Part shown: piece by piece, positions 43,150-56,866 of the stretch
Position numbering within the stretch: the first letter of the stretch is position 1
How the letters are laid out: each line of letters opens with the position of its first letter
Assembly: GCA_964016885.1 (NCBI GenBank)
Contig: OZ024748.1
Location: forward strand, 34,782,001 to 34,846,000
Reading direction: 5' to 3'
Source: Eledone cirrhosa
Lineage: Eukaryota
DNA: 64,000 nt
The notes under the pieces: model-generated
What the model was told of the DNA's origin: nothing
The model's input: only the letters and a program-made list of their open reading frames with translations
Databases searched by the model: none
Position numbers and translations under genes: made by a program

Positions 43150-45490
43150 TATTTATTAAAATAACAGATTAAAGTTTAAGCAAAGAGTCGCTGCTTTCAC
43201 CTTTAACGGGATCTTCTGAAACTAACAAAGTCAATCTGTAAACACAGAAGTCGATATTTCAAAAAACGTTGCAACCGGAGGAAGACAGGAAGACGATACT
43301 TTGGTTCGTGGAAACGTTCCCTGGGAAAGAACGGGAAAAAGCGAATATAATACGTCATTAATAGGAGCGGTGAAAAACAATTACGCGCAAAGACAGAACC
43401 ACGTTTATGGTATAAAAGAAGTCGTAGACTAATGTTCGCTTAGGTGGTTCATAGAGACGTTCTCTGGCAATGAACGGAAAAAACGAAGATAATACGTCAT
43501 ATGTGGAGCGTGGAGAACAATTGCACGCAAAGACAAAACCACGTAAATGGTATAGCTGAAGTCGAAGACTAACTTCTAACTAGGAAACCGAATGAATCTC
43601 CGCTTCAGGGTTAACAATAAAGTAAATAAATACAATACAGAGGTAATAGAAATTAAATACGTACATACACAAGCATACTCAAAACACTTGCCATAGGTAT
43701 ACAAAACCACGCACATATAAATATATGTGTGTGTGTGTGTGTGCGTGTATACAAATAAATAAATAATTAAATAAATATATATAAATAAATACGTATATAA
43801 CAAGCGCACACACATACCTACATGTTCGGAGACGTAAATCAACCAACACATGAAGTACACATATACAGACACCCTACATACGTACGGACCTGCATACTCA
43901 CGCAGACGCAAAACTCCCGCATACACATAACCAAACCATATGTACCAGAATATATAAAAAATGCATACGCCATAACATAATCAATCAAATATACGTATGA
44001 GAAAGTATACGTACCTTCACAAAACATACAGGTAATATATACTTACCTATGCAAATAAGTAATGGTATAAACATAACATATACTTAGCTACCACATCAAG
44101 ACGTAAATTATCCACGTATAGATCGTACTATCCGTTAGGGTATAATGTGGGGCTGTAATACAGGAAAGTTTTGTGCAATTTATGTTTACAAGCCGAAATT
44201 GCCTCAGATTTTTTGTTTAAGATGTGGTCTGTGGCGTAGAGTATTTCCGGGGCCTCAGCGGCGCTAGGTCACGTGGTCTTTTATTTCCGTTATACGATGT
44301 AGCCCTAGCTAGGATCTCCCAGTGTAACTTAAATTGGGTGTGGTTGTCTTTTAGACTCCAGATATAAGCTGAAAGTGACGTCATATTCCTTCTTAGAGGG
44401 TAACGAAAAGAATGGGTATGTATGTAAAGACGCTGCTTGAATCTATTGGCGGTTAACCCTATGTAGGCCCTACGGGACGTGGGTGTTTCAACCTTACATT
44501 TGTAGACAATGTTACTAGAGAGGCATTTCCCGGATAGGGGGCATTCAACCCGATTCCTACAATTACAGTTAGTACTAACTACAGGGTTGCACGTGTTCCT
44601 ACGGCTAGGTAGTTTAGCTAAATTTGAAGCTGTGATGTATGTGCAAGGTTAGGAGTCGTAGAGTAAGAAATTTTAATAGTATTTCTATTAAAAATTTTAC
44701 GATATTTATGTGTAGGGGGAAAATGCTTCGTAATAAGGGAAAGAAAGATCTTAGCTAATGGTGTGGCCACTTCCATATTATAAGGTGAGTTATACCAACA
44801 AATGCGACGGGATCTATTTCTTCTAGGTCTATTTCCGTACTCTGTATATGCTACCTTATCGACAAATCCACTCCGAGCAAGAGCTTCATTGTAAGTGGAA
44901 TGGTCGTTGAAAATATGCTCGTTAGTAGATAGACGGGAAAGCCTCAACGAAACGTTTCTTACCAGGTTCTTGGTTATGCTGGCAGGATGGTTGGAATGCT
45001 TACTTATGTAATTAAGCGTATCATTCGGCTTTCTATACGGGTAATACAACCCATTCGATAAATTGAGGGTAACGTCGAGGTAATTAACGACCGAGAGATT
45101 GGCCTCAACCTGTATAGAGAGGTTGAAGCCTTTAAAGAAAGCTGTGAGTTCTTTTCTGAACCTGTCGCAAGAACGAGGTCTGCACTTAGTCATGGTCAAA
45201 AGACCATCATCACGGTACAAACCATTTATACCATAAAGGTGGTTCTGTCTTTGCGTGTAATTGTTTTTCACCGCTCCTATTCATGACGTATTATATTCGT
45301 TTTTTCCCGTTCTTTGCCAGGGAACGTTTCCACGAACCAAAGTATCGTCTTCCTGTCTTCCTCCGGTTGCATCGTTTTTTTAAATATCCACTTCTGTGTT
45401 TACAGATTGACTTTGTTAGTTTCAGAAGATCCCGTTAAGGGTGAAAGCAGCGATTCTTTGCTTAAACTTTAATCTGTTATTTTAATAAAT
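43150..45490 (-). mobile_element. 5'-truncated Nematis-type PLE with ~250-bp inverted pLTRs (43150-43400 / 45241-45490)
   Basis: GLYRDDGL, VNYLDVTLNL, CNCRNRVECPLSGKCL, VYKC, AYIGLT; decayed hammerhead CAGAAGA-UCCC GUUAA GGGU-GAAAG. Confidence 0.9.
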
Positions 45491-45605
45491 ATATATATAT
45501 ATATATTAAAATAACAGATTAAAGTTTAAGCAAAGATATATATATGAAGTATTTCCGTCGGAAAGGTACAGGAAAAAAGAGTGCTCTATGTAGGCTACAG
45601 AGCTT

Positions 45606-46154
45606 ATTTGTTATGTAATAAACAACATAAAATAATTATTTCATTTACCAGTGGTTTCTTAAAGACAGATGTTGTATCTGTCTTCAGTCGTCAGAATGAA
45701 TAAAAAAACATGGTGTTTTTATTAAATATGGATTTGAAAATAAAATTTAGGAAATATGAAAAACCGGCGAAAAGGAAATAGGGGGGAAAAATAATAAAAT
45801 ATATATATATATATATATATATATAAGAATAAAAATAAAATATCCAGAACGTAAACATACACACAATCAACTACGCCCATATACTAAAAAGTCTACAAAG
45901 AAATATGGACCGGAACATAAATACATACACATACATATACACAGATATATACAAAAATACATACACAGATATATGCACTTAAATTTGGAAGGAGCAAGCA
46001 GTAATAACTAAATAAAAAAGTAAATAAGAACAATATATATATATATATATAAACAAAAACAAAATAAAGTAAAAGAAGGGGGGCGTGTTGACAACGATAG
46101 GTGTGAGGTGTGTGTGGAGGGGGGAAACAACTTAAATATAAACAAATACACAAG

Positions 46155-46195
<41 letters not shown>

Positions 46196-47297
46196 CATAC
46201 ACACATATACATAAACATACATATATGCCTATACACACATGCAAACACACACGCATATATATGGGTAAAGGATAAAGTTATGTATGTATTAAAGGTATGG
46301 TAAATAGTAGGGGGGGGGAGAATATAAGTCAAAAGAAATATAGAGAAAGATAAGGGAGAAAAAGTATATGTTTGGTAGAAAGTATAATTTCAAAAGGTAA
46401 TGAAATTGGTAGTGAGTGGAAGGCGTGATGAGTAAAGAAGAAGCTCAAGGTGTTTGAGTAATCGTTGGTATGTTAATCCAGTTAAAAAGAAGATGCGATT
46501 TCAGGTGTGGTCAACATCTAAAGATCTCGGTCTTAGAGTTGAGACAAGTGGTGGGGGTTTTCAAATTTTGGAGAATTCTAAATTTTTCCGTGTTACACAA
46601 AGAACATTTCTTTGTGACCCTTTGGTATTCTCTTGAATGGTCTAAAATAGACCAATCAATAGTGTACGGAATGTTTTTGTCTTTAAACTCCCACACTTTA
46701 TTTGCCAACGCCGTTGCTGTTCTTTTTTCAGGGTGTTTAAAAGAAGCGACATGTGCATAATACCTGGTTTTAAATCTGTCTTGAGTCATGCCAACATATC
46801 GTTCACTCCTGGCTGGCTGGTTATTAATCATAGGTGTCAATTTGGCCTCATACACAATAGATTTGGTATTACATTTACCCTGTAATGGGCATTCTTCCGG
46901 CTTCCTGCAACTGCATCCTGGATTTACTCTAGTACGATTAGAATTGGTAATTTAGTTTTCATTGATGGGCAGCAAGAGTAACTGATTTTAACAACATTTC
47001 TATTAAATATCTTATTATATCTATGATTAGGGGAAAATGTTTGTCAAGGAAGTCGAGGAATTTTCTTCCTACGTTAGATTTAACGGTTAGAGAGAAAGGG
47101 GGTATAAACCAAATAATTTTTCTTTTCCTGTTAATGTGTTTAGTGTTAGAAAGAGGAGTAGGTAAATATTTAATTTGTTCAGTGAAGCCGCTGTTGTTGG
47201 GGGCTTTATTATAATAAGGGGTGGTTTTGTTAAAGATGTCTATAGACAAAGATAAGGTAGAAATCCTACGGCTAATATTATCCTTTACCCAGATCAC
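45606..47297 (-). mobile_element. 5'-truncated Nematis-type PLE with 3' hammerhead 45640-45700
   Basis: IIWFIPPFS..VK.NVG..F, CSCRKPEECPL.GKC, YVGMT..RFK.RY..H, CSLC..EK; UUCAUU-CUGACGA...GAAAC CACUG GUA/AAUGAA. Confidence 0.9.
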
Positions 47298-47552
47298 TTT
47301 TTAACTATCACAAACCAGATCTCATCACAAACACTTATCCTTTTTTACACCCCCTTTGTCCCTTACCTGTTTTTATTAATTATTTTTATGTTATTTCACT
47401 CTTACTTACCCACTAGGTTTTTAAGTGTACTCACTTAAGATTGTATGTGGGCGCATATGCAGACAGACTTATGTGTACTTACATATTTACGTGTTTTTAT
47501 TTATATGTATGTGCGTGTGTATGTGTGTATGTATGTGTGTATATATATATAG

Positions 47553-47665
<113 letters not shown>

Positions 47666-47755
47666 TAGAAGGGGTATTTAATTTGTTGGAAATCCGACAA
47701 ATATAAATGTTTATAACTGATTTAGAGCACTCAACAAGTTACTGGAGTAAATATT

Positions 47756-50471
47756 CAATGATATTAAATAAATGGAAACTATATTTATAAAACCATATTT
47801 ATTTTATTATATATATTTCAAGGGTACCAAGACAACATTGGTACGCTTTCATCAGATAAAATACAAAGTTTGTTTTATAAATAGAGACGTACCCATGAAA
47901 ATCATGCCTTATCGATTGGAAATTCACTGGATAGTGGAAATATATTAGGGATTATTCAAACTTATGTGTGAATATGCAAATGAATATGTAAATAATTGAA
48001 AAACAACCGTTTATTTAAACGACTATGGAGAAAGAGAGAGAGGAGAAGATATAAGGGGAGAAAGATAAAAAATAGTACGAGAGAGAGAGAGAAGAAATAA
48101 ACAAGAGAAGGTGAATAAAACTCATATAACGTTAATTTGGACTAGAGCCGATAGAAAATAATTTTGATATCACCATGGGATCATCAGACTCGGCGCAAAT
48201 AACGGATCTTGTAGGGCTATTTATTAATAATACACTGTATAGAAAAATACCAGAGATGACCGGTGGTTTATATGCTGCTTTTTATTGAAAATCATAGTAA
48301 TTGTGAAATTAATAGGAAAAGAAAATCCATAATACAATTCTTCAATAGCTACAACCTTAAGTTAGAAATAGAGAATAACTATAAAATTGTTAACTTTTTA
48401 GACGTAACATTAAACATTAACACAGAGCTCTCCTATCCATTCCATAAAATTAATGAGAATCTAAACTATGTAAGTTTTAACTCTAATCATCCTAGATCTA
48501 TCAAGAACACTATTGTCAATTCTATCCAACAACGTATTTCACGCATCTCCACTAATAAAAACATTTTTGACGATAAGGCAGAATATTATAATGAAGCTTT
48601 AAATAGAGCAGGCTATATAAATAAGATTAAATACATCGACAACAGTAATAAGGCAAATAACCCTACTATTAATTATAATTATAATAAAAAATGTAACTTA
48701 AACTCTAAAACTAACAGAAGAAATAGAACTAGAAATATTATTTGGTACTCACCCCCATTCTCATTAAGCGTAAAAACACATTTAGCAAAGCTATTCTTTA
48801 AAGCACTAGATAAATGTTTTCCTAAAGCCCACATATACCACTCAATCTTTAACAGACATACTATAAAACTATCATACTTTACTACTATGAACATGGCATA
48901 AAATATAAATAGAATTAATAATAAAAATTTAAACCCTAACCAAAATAACCAAAATAGCAGTAATATCTCTAGCAATATCCAACATAATAGTACCGTTCTG
49001 AATAACAACAACTCTGCAAAATGTAACTGTAGAATTAAATCAAACTGTCCTTTACAAAATAAGTGACGTGGTCTATAAATGTACAATTAAAAACAGTGAT
49101 AATATATTTAACTATGTCGGTGCAACTTCTACAGAATTTAAAAGTCGCTGGAATAATCACAAATGCTCTTTCCAAAGATTTGATAAAAAATCTTCAACTT
49201 CTCTTTCAAACCTGATATGGAACTTAAAATGCTAGAATAGGGACTATTCATTAACTTGGGAAATAGTTTCAAAAGAACCCGCGTACCGAAACACTGCTTT
49301 ATCTAGATTCTGCAAATTGTGTGTTGAGGAAATTTTTTTCATACTTAAATGTAAGAACTCTATTAATCTAAGAACGAATTTATTTAATTCTTGTAGACAT
49401 CGCCTGATTTCAACATTCAGAACTATATATAAATTATAATTATACTTATAATATTTCTACTTATTTCCATAACAATCTTATCCACTTGATATCTCTAAAT
49501 CATAATATCTCTAACATTTGCTATAATTCCACTTCTTAAAGTTTCATAAAATATATACGTATATAATTCTAAATTTTTTAAAATTTTAATTTTAATTTTA
49601 ATAATTTTTATTTCTTTAATTTTTATTTCTTTAAAAATTACTTATCTCTTATAAATTATTTTATAAAAAATTTTCTCAAATTTTTATTTTTTCAATATTT
49701 TTTATTAGATTTATAACCACTAACTGGTTCTGGCTAAATATATCTTTCAACATTTATACTTATTTTGACTAAATAGTCTCATACTAACGAATAAATAAAT
49801 TAAATTGGGGTTTTTCCGTATCTTCCCATTTTAAAATATATAAATATAAATATTCTTATTAACTCAGTTAATTTAATTTAACTTAATATTTATTTACATT
49901 AAATACAAAAGCAATATCCCTCATACCTCATTAAAACAATTATCTATAACATGATATACCCATCTATTTATTTATTTATTTATTTATCTACTTATAACAG
50001 AAAATATTATATTATAAACGAATTTTAAACAACTAATAATCGTAAATACAGGTACTATTAAGATATATACTTAGAATATATTTCCCCCAAATTAACGTTA
50101 TATGAGTTTTATTCATCTTCTCTTGTTTATTTCTTCTCTCTCTCTCTCTCTCGTACTATTTTTTATCTTTCTCCCCTTATATCTTCTCTTCTCTCTCTCT
50201 TTCTCCATAGTCGTTTAAATAAACGGTTGTTTTTTAATTATTTACATATTCATTTGCATATTCACACATAAGTTTGAATAATCCCTAATATATTTCCACT
50301 ATCCAGTGAATTTCCAACCGATCAGGTATGTTTTTCATGGGTACGTCTCTATTTATAAAACAAACTTTGTATTTTATCTGATGAAAGCGTAGCAATGTTG
50401 TCTTGGTACCCTTGAAATATATATAATAAAATAATATGGTTTTATAAATATAGTTTCCATTTATTTAATAT

Positions 50472-50476
<5 letters not shown>
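47756..50476 (+). mobile_element. 5'-truncated Nematis-type PLE with ~385-bp inverted pLTRs (47756-48140 / 50087-50476)
   Basis: Degraded ORF ~48141-49430 (MGSSDSAQ, VNFLDVTLN, IIWYSPP, CNCRIKSNCPL, YVGAT); related to the 16850-19970 family. Confidence 0.92.
50370..50433 (+). ncRNA. Hammerhead ribozyme in the pLTR (mirror copy 47800-47863 minus)
   Basis: UAUUUUAU-CUGAUGA-stem II-GAAAU-AUAU-AUA/AUAAAAUA; 8-bp stem I. Confidence 0.82.
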
Positions 50477-50531
<55 letters not shown>

Positions 50532-50681
50532 ATTTATAAATATGTATGTATATATTTGTTTATATGTATTTGTATTTATGTATGCATGTGTTTGTGTATA
50601 TATATTTTTTTGTATATATGTTTATATATGCGTGTATGGACTTGCGTATATGTTTATTTGTATGTGTGCGTTTATTTCTTA

Positions 50682-52242
50682 CTAGCATTAAAGCCCGGCG
50701 TTGCTCGGGGTCATTAAGTTACCAAAGTTAGGTTGCAGCACTTTTTTGTCTGCCAGGCACTGGGTGAATGAATTGCAGACCTGGAAGCATGAGCTGCGCC
50801 AGCAGTGACAATTGTAGTTTCGCCTATGGATATTATCTCTGTGCAAAAAAGTGTTGAAATTTATTGTTTCACAGTACTTGCGCAACACGCGAGTAGACGA
50901 TGCCAGCCGAACAACAGAGCTGCGATGGAGTTGTTCTTCATGGTTGTCTGTGTGTTTTCTAAATTTAAGACAGTAGGGAGGGTTGTGATATGAGGGAGAG
51001 TTAGCTGTTGTTTCTAGCAGGTTTAGTGACCTCATAGAGGATATGTGTTTTCTAAATTTAAGACAGTAGGGAGTGGTGTGATATGAGGGAGAGTTAGCTG
51101 CTGTTTCTAGCAGGTTTAGTGACCTCATAGAGGATATGTGTTTTCTAAATTTAAGACAGTAGGGAGTGGTGTGATATGAGGGAGAGTTAGCTGCTGTTTC
51201 TAGCAGGTTTAGTGACCTCATAGAAGATATGTTTTCTAAATTTAAGACAGTAGAGAGGGGTGTGATATGGGGGAGAGTTAGCTGCTGTTTCTAGCAGGTT
51301 TAGTGACCTCATAGAGGATATGTTTTCTAAATTTAAGACAGTAGGGAGGGGTGTGATATGAGGGAGAGTTAGCTGCTGTTTCTAGCAGGTTTAGTGACCT
51401 CATAGAAGATATGTTTTCTAAATTTAAGACAGTAGGGAGGGGTATGATATGGGGGAGAGTTAGCTGCTGTTTCTAGCAGGTTTAGTAACCTCATAGAGGA
51501 TATGTGTTTTCTAAATTTAAGACAGTAGGGAGTGGTGTGATATGAGGGAGAGTTAGCTGTTGTTTCTAGCAGGTTTAGTAACCTCATAGAGGATATGTGT
51601 TTTCTAAATTTAAGACAGTAGGGAGTGGTGTGATATGAGGGAGAGTTAGCTGCTGTTTCTAGCAGGTTTAGTAACCTCATAGAGGATATGTGTTTTCTAA
51701 ATTTAAGACAGTAGGGAGTGGTGTGATATGAGGGAGAGTTAGCTGCTGTTTCTAGCAGGTTTAGTGACCTCATAGAAGATATTATTGTTTATCATCTATA
51801 TATATAAAACTGACTGCACGCGTAACGAAATTTACAGATACATATATTTTAAATAAACTTATATAATTTTTGCTTTTTTTTACGAAATATTTGCTTGTTT
51901 TACGTAGTCTTTAAATAGACTTGTTTTCAAGTAAAAATTATTGTGTTAATGTCATTTTAAACGCTGAGAAAGCCAGCGTAATTTTTTTAATTTTTGCACG
52001 CAGACGCTCAATGTAAACAGAACAAAGGGAAATAACTTATCACTTACGCTCAAAAATCGATACATTATATTCGATTTCGTCAGATAGGGCGGGTCAATTT
52101 GAAATATTTTTTTTCCGATGTCTTCGCTAGGGCTCAATGTACAAGTATAGCAATTTCGGTACAATTCCGTGAGAGATTCTAAGAGGAGATGTGTGCCAAA
52201 AATCGATAGACAGACAGACAACCACAGTTTTATATATATAGA
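50682..52242 (-). mobile_element. Non-autonomous Helitron
   Basis: 5' A|TCTATATATATAAAA; 3' hairpin CCCGAGCAACGCCGGG, 8 nt, then CTAG|T; AT target and no TSD. Confidence 0.82.
50951..51780. repeat. 91-93-bp tandem array, 9 units, inside the Helitron
   Basis: gttttctaaatttaagacagtaggg...gttagctgctgtttctagcaggtttagtgacctcataga repeated. Confidence 0.93.
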
Positions 52243-52489
52243 TTGCGTGAGTGTGTGCGCACGCGTATATGTACGTATGTACTTGGGTTATGTACCTTTG
52301 AAATTCATTTATTGATTGTAGGATTTTTTGTATGCGTATGCATGTGGATGTGTGTGTTTTTGTATGTATGTATGTGTGTTTATATATATATATGTGTGTG
52401 TGTATATATGCGTTTATATATGTTTATATATATGTATATGCATGCACATGTGTGTGTATGTGTACGTATATCTATTTTATATATATATA

Positions 52490-52560
52490 TACACATACAT
52501 ATGCGTGTGTTTTGCATGTGTGTATAGGTATATATGTATGTTTATGTATATGTGTGTATG

Positions 52561-52598
<38 letters not shown>

Positions 52599-53417
52599 CA
52601 TATCTTGTGTATTTGTTTATATTTAAGTTGTCTCCCCTCCCCCCCCCCCCACACACACACTCATACCTATCGTTGTCAACACGCCCCCCCCCCCCCTTCT
52701 TTTACTTTATTTTGTTTTTATTTATATATATATATATATTGTTCTTATTTATTTTTTTATTTAGTTATTTCTGCTTGCCTACTCCTTCCCAAATTTGAGT
52801 GCATATATCTGTGTATATGTATGTGTATGTATTTTTGTATATATCTGTGTATATGTATGTGTATGTATTTATGTTCCTGTCCATATTTCTTTGTAGACGC
52901 TAATACGTTTATGTGAGAAAGTATACGTCTACGTACATTTTAGTATATGCGCGTAGTTGATTGTGTGTATTTTCAATCATATATATTTTTATATTTTTAT
53001 ATCTGCTTGACCCGAATTACTTGATCGTTTTTTCGCTGTGCGGATGATTACTTTAACCACCATCTCAGTGTGTTTGGCCTTTAACGTATGTTGTAGCTCT
53101 AATTCATATGAATTATCGAGCGCTTGCCACACAACTCGGAAGTGTTTTTCGTTAATTCCTGAGCTGAAACTCGATTCTCGCTAATTTATACTTGTATATA
53201 ATATATATATATATATAATTTTTTTTTTCCCTTATTTCCTTTTCGCCGGTTTTTTTCAGCCTCACTTTCATATTTCCTAAATTTTGTTTTCAAATCCATA
53301 TTTAATAAAAACACCATGTTTTTTTTATTCACTCTGACGACTGAAGACAGACACAACATCTGTCTTCAAGAAACCACTGGTAAATGAAATAATTATCTTA
53401 TGTTGTTTATTACATAA

Positions 53418-53420
<3 letters not shown>
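52490..53420 (+). mobile_element. Inverted 3' UTR/pLTR copy of the 45606-47297 PLE, with hammerhead 53328-53388
   Basis: Reverse complement of 45606-46260 with indels. Confidence 0.85.
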
Positions 53421-53464
<44 letters not shown>

Positions 53465-54306
53465 TCATACCACTCACTATAGAATAAAATCGAAGACATA
53501 ATCGCAATCTTTAACACAATGAAACAATGTTACGAAGATCGATAAATTTTGATATTAAAACATTTATAAAGTCTAGCATTTCCACAGGTTTCCACTAGTT
53601 TATATTGTTGTTGATGCTGTTGTTGTTGTTGTTGCTGTTGTTGTTGTTGTTGTTGATGTTGTTGCTGCTGTTGCTGTTGTTGTTGCTGTTGTTGTTGTTG
53701 TTGCTACTATTGCTATTGTTGTTGTTGCTGTTGTTGTTGCTACTATTGCTGTTTTTTTTCGTTGCTGTTGTTGTTGTTGTTGCTACTATTGCTGTTGTTG
53801 CTACTATTGCTGTTTTTTTTCGTTGCTGTTGTTGTTGTTATTGTTGTTGGTGATACTATTGCTATTATTGTTATTGCTGTTACTACTATTGCTGTTTCAT
53901 TAATTAAAGTAATCAGTTTCCTAATTAACACCCTCTCCCTGTAATTCCATCTCCCTATAATATTCCACTGGATATTCCGTGACATATTTCAATTTTTATT
54001 TTTTTTAAATTAAAGCTGCAAAAGTTTTGGCGACACAACCAGATCAGAATACACTGCCAAATAACGCTGGTCGACATCATCATCCTCACCATCACCATCG
54101 TCACCATCATCACCATCATCACCATCGTCCCAACCATCACCATCATCATCACCACCATCATCATCACCATCACCATCATCTTTATTATTATTATTACTAA
54201 AATAATTTTATTATTATTGTTGTTGTTACTTTGGTATTATCAAAAGTTGAGTTTATTGGCAATCCCTTAAATCATATTCTTTTACTCTATTGTGTGTACA
54301 TATATA

Positions 54307-54414
<108 letters not shown>

Positions 54415-54419
54415 TACAT

Positions 54420-54830
54420 ATATTGTTATACTTTGGGACGGTCATGTTGCCAATAAGAAACCAATAAGAAACACACGACCAGTTGTTTTCACTTCAATTC
54501 ATCATAAATTTCCGGTTGGTTGTTTCGTTCTATAACCGGATGGTTGTTCACATATTGTCAAAGTTCTTTCGTCACACATTCTGTGAAAATAAAGAAAAGA
54601 ATCCCCAGTTATTGAAGAGGTCACAGAATGTGTGACGAAAGAACTTTGACAATATGTGAACAACCATCCGGTTATAGAACCAACCAAGCAGCCGGAAATT
54701 TATAAAAAAATTGAAGTGAAAACAACTGGTGCGTGTGTTTCTTATTGGCAACATGACCCTCCCAAAGTATAACAATATCGGTTTCAACACACGTTTTCAG
54801 ATAAGGAATCTTTCTAAACAAATTCAAAGA
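54420..54830. mobile_element. Second palindromic copy of the 40681-41458 family
   Basis: Arms ~54420-54586 and ~54620-54778; hammerhead-like motif 54608-54650 with C3>U. Confidence 0.8.
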
Positions 54831-55140
54831 AAGTGAGACTGTCACTACTCTAAAACAATAGCGTAAGGTCTTCGAAATGCTTTTAATTAAGCATACAGTG
54901 TATTGCAAAATACACTATATATAGATTCATATATATTTATATATATATATATATATATATCGAACATTATAATAAATGTTCGGTAAACCCATACGTACAT
55001 ATATATATGTGTGCATGTATGTATATATATACATACTACTGTACGTCTGTATACATATATGTATGTACGTATATATACATACTTACATTTAAGTATCAGC
55101 CGTACTAAGAGTGAGAAATGAAATTTCGTTTCATTCTTTT

Positions 55141-55181
<41 letters not shown>

Positions 55182-55224
55182 AATAACAGGAGGTTGGACT
55201 GGTGTAATTCCTTAAAGGTTTATT

Positions 55225-55282
55225 ATACTATGAACATTTCAATGACCGTGTTCAGTATGAATCCGGTGACATCATCAGGTAT
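55225..55282 (-). ncRNA. Hammerhead ribozyme near a (TA)n junction
   Basis: AUAC-CUGAUGA-stem II(ACCG...CGGU)-GAAAU-GUUC-AUA/GUAU. Confidence 0.75.
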
Positions 55283-55759
55283 TCGAAATTTAACAAAGGA
55301 ATATAATCCATGGAACTGAAAAGGCAGAGTGACAAGAAGGCGCCCCCCCCCCCCCTCATTTAACAGTTTCCAGTTCGGTCGGCCGCCCTCAAGTGACGAC
55401 TACCAATTCTTCTTATGCCTTTCAGGTGAAGGGGCGTAAGCTTCTAGTGTACTACTACCACCCCGTCACAGACAGAGGCTAGCGGTGGGATCAGAACAAA
55501 GCTATATATAGTAGGCACCTGTACAGTATATTTTTCGTTGTAGGGTCAGAAATTACGATTAACGATTAAAAATGTAAAATGTATGCTTAGAATTAAAAGA
55601 TGTCATTTAAGATGAGATTAGAAAAGAAAGATTTAGGTTTAAATTTGGAAGATTTAGTTAAAGAATTTACAGAAGGAGACGTTTATGAAAAGGTTAATTT
55701 TATGATTGATAGTCACGATAGAGTTTCAGGGTAGAATATAAAGTCAGGACCGAGCCCAT

Positions 55760-56267
55760 GTTTGGCGGTCAGTAGCCAGTGACGTTTCGGACTCTCAACC
55801 CACCCGGGGCCCAATGGCATGTCAACCGTTCTGAGTATATTCGTCTACCGAAAGAAAGGGAAATTTATTTTTCCGAGTACTCCAGCAATGTTAACTGTCT
55901 CAAGGGCCGGGGGTGCTAGCGGGAAGCCCGCCACCGTCGGCTGATCATCGTGTATACCAAACGATTCTTAGTTATTCACACTGGTGGGGGATTTAGTTAA
56001 AAGGCTAGTAGAAAGAGGCATGATAAATTTTAAAGTTATGATTAAGTCTAGAATTCAAAAATATTGTTTGGCGGTCAATAACCGGTGGCACGGCGGATTC
56101 CAAGCCTGCCCAGGGCCCAAGGGCGTAACAACCGTTCCGAATATTTTGTTTACCGAAAGAAGGGGAAATTTATTTTTCCAAGCACTCTAGGAAGGCTGAT
56201 CGACTCGAGCGCCTGGCGTGCGATCGGGAAAGCCGCCACATCAGTCGGATCATCGCGTGTACCAAAC
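55760..56267 (-). ncRNA. Two diverged ~200-nt structured RNA-like units (55760-55962, 56066-56267), identity unknown
   Basis: Terminal stem, RCGAUGA/YUGA boxes, several helices kept by compensatory and G-U changes. Confidence 0.5.
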
Positions 56268-56404
56268 GATTATTAATTATTCACACCCGTGATGTGAAGT
56301 TTAAAAGTGGCAAAATCTGAAGAAATGGGTAAGAATACTATATTTAGCCCCCAGTTAGCCCGGGTTATATGTAGTGTGATTCCTGAGTGAGTATGGGGAG
56401 TGAT

Positions 56405-56866
56405 TAACACACGTGGACATGCCTACAAAGTCAGAAAACAGCACAGCTCCCATGACTTTCGGAAACATTTTTTCACGCTCAGAGTTGCTGAAGTATGGAA
56501 CAAACTGCCTGCGTCAGTTGTTAGCTGCCAAGACACTGCATCCTTTAAGACCCTCATGCTTCCTGAAATTCGCCAAAACTACACCTGATGGACCCCTTCC
56601 ATACACATGCACACGTGTATATCATGACTCATGCACTGTTCATTTTCCTGATGTTTGTACATTACCCTATGTACTATACATACACTTTTGTATAATACTA
56701 TACATACACAGTTGTAGTTCACCTGAGCACTGTACACAATATTTTCATTATTATTATTATTTTTTTACACGTATTGTCCTGTACTGTCCTTAATGTCTAC
56801 TTTATGTGAACCCTTGTGGTTAATAAAGAAAACATTATTATTATTATTATTATTGTTATTGTTATT
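56405..56866 (+). mobile_element. 3' end of a CR1/L2-type LINE with AATAAA and (TTA)n tail
   Basis: NTRGH.YK......RKHFFTLRV...WNKLP C-terminal motif. Confidence 0.85.

Noticed and set aside
47756-50476. DNA transposon with long TIRs
   Set aside because: Interior encodes PLE RT/GIY-YIG and the arms carry hammerheads, so these are inverted pseudo-LTRs; the same holds for 12975-16825 and 43150-45490
50688-51773. 31-aa repeat protein or CRISPR-like array
   Set aside because: Head-to-tail 91-93-bp satellite without unique spacers; 91-bp units break the frame; eukaryotic context with no cas genes
55760-56276. Conserved short peptide in the duplicated unit (VYRKKGKFIFPST on plus, or VLGKINFPFFR on minus)
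   Set aside because: Hand count of substitutions shows only weak third-position bias (about 23:16:13); no ATG, internal stops and a 1-bp indel; RNA pairing explains the changes better
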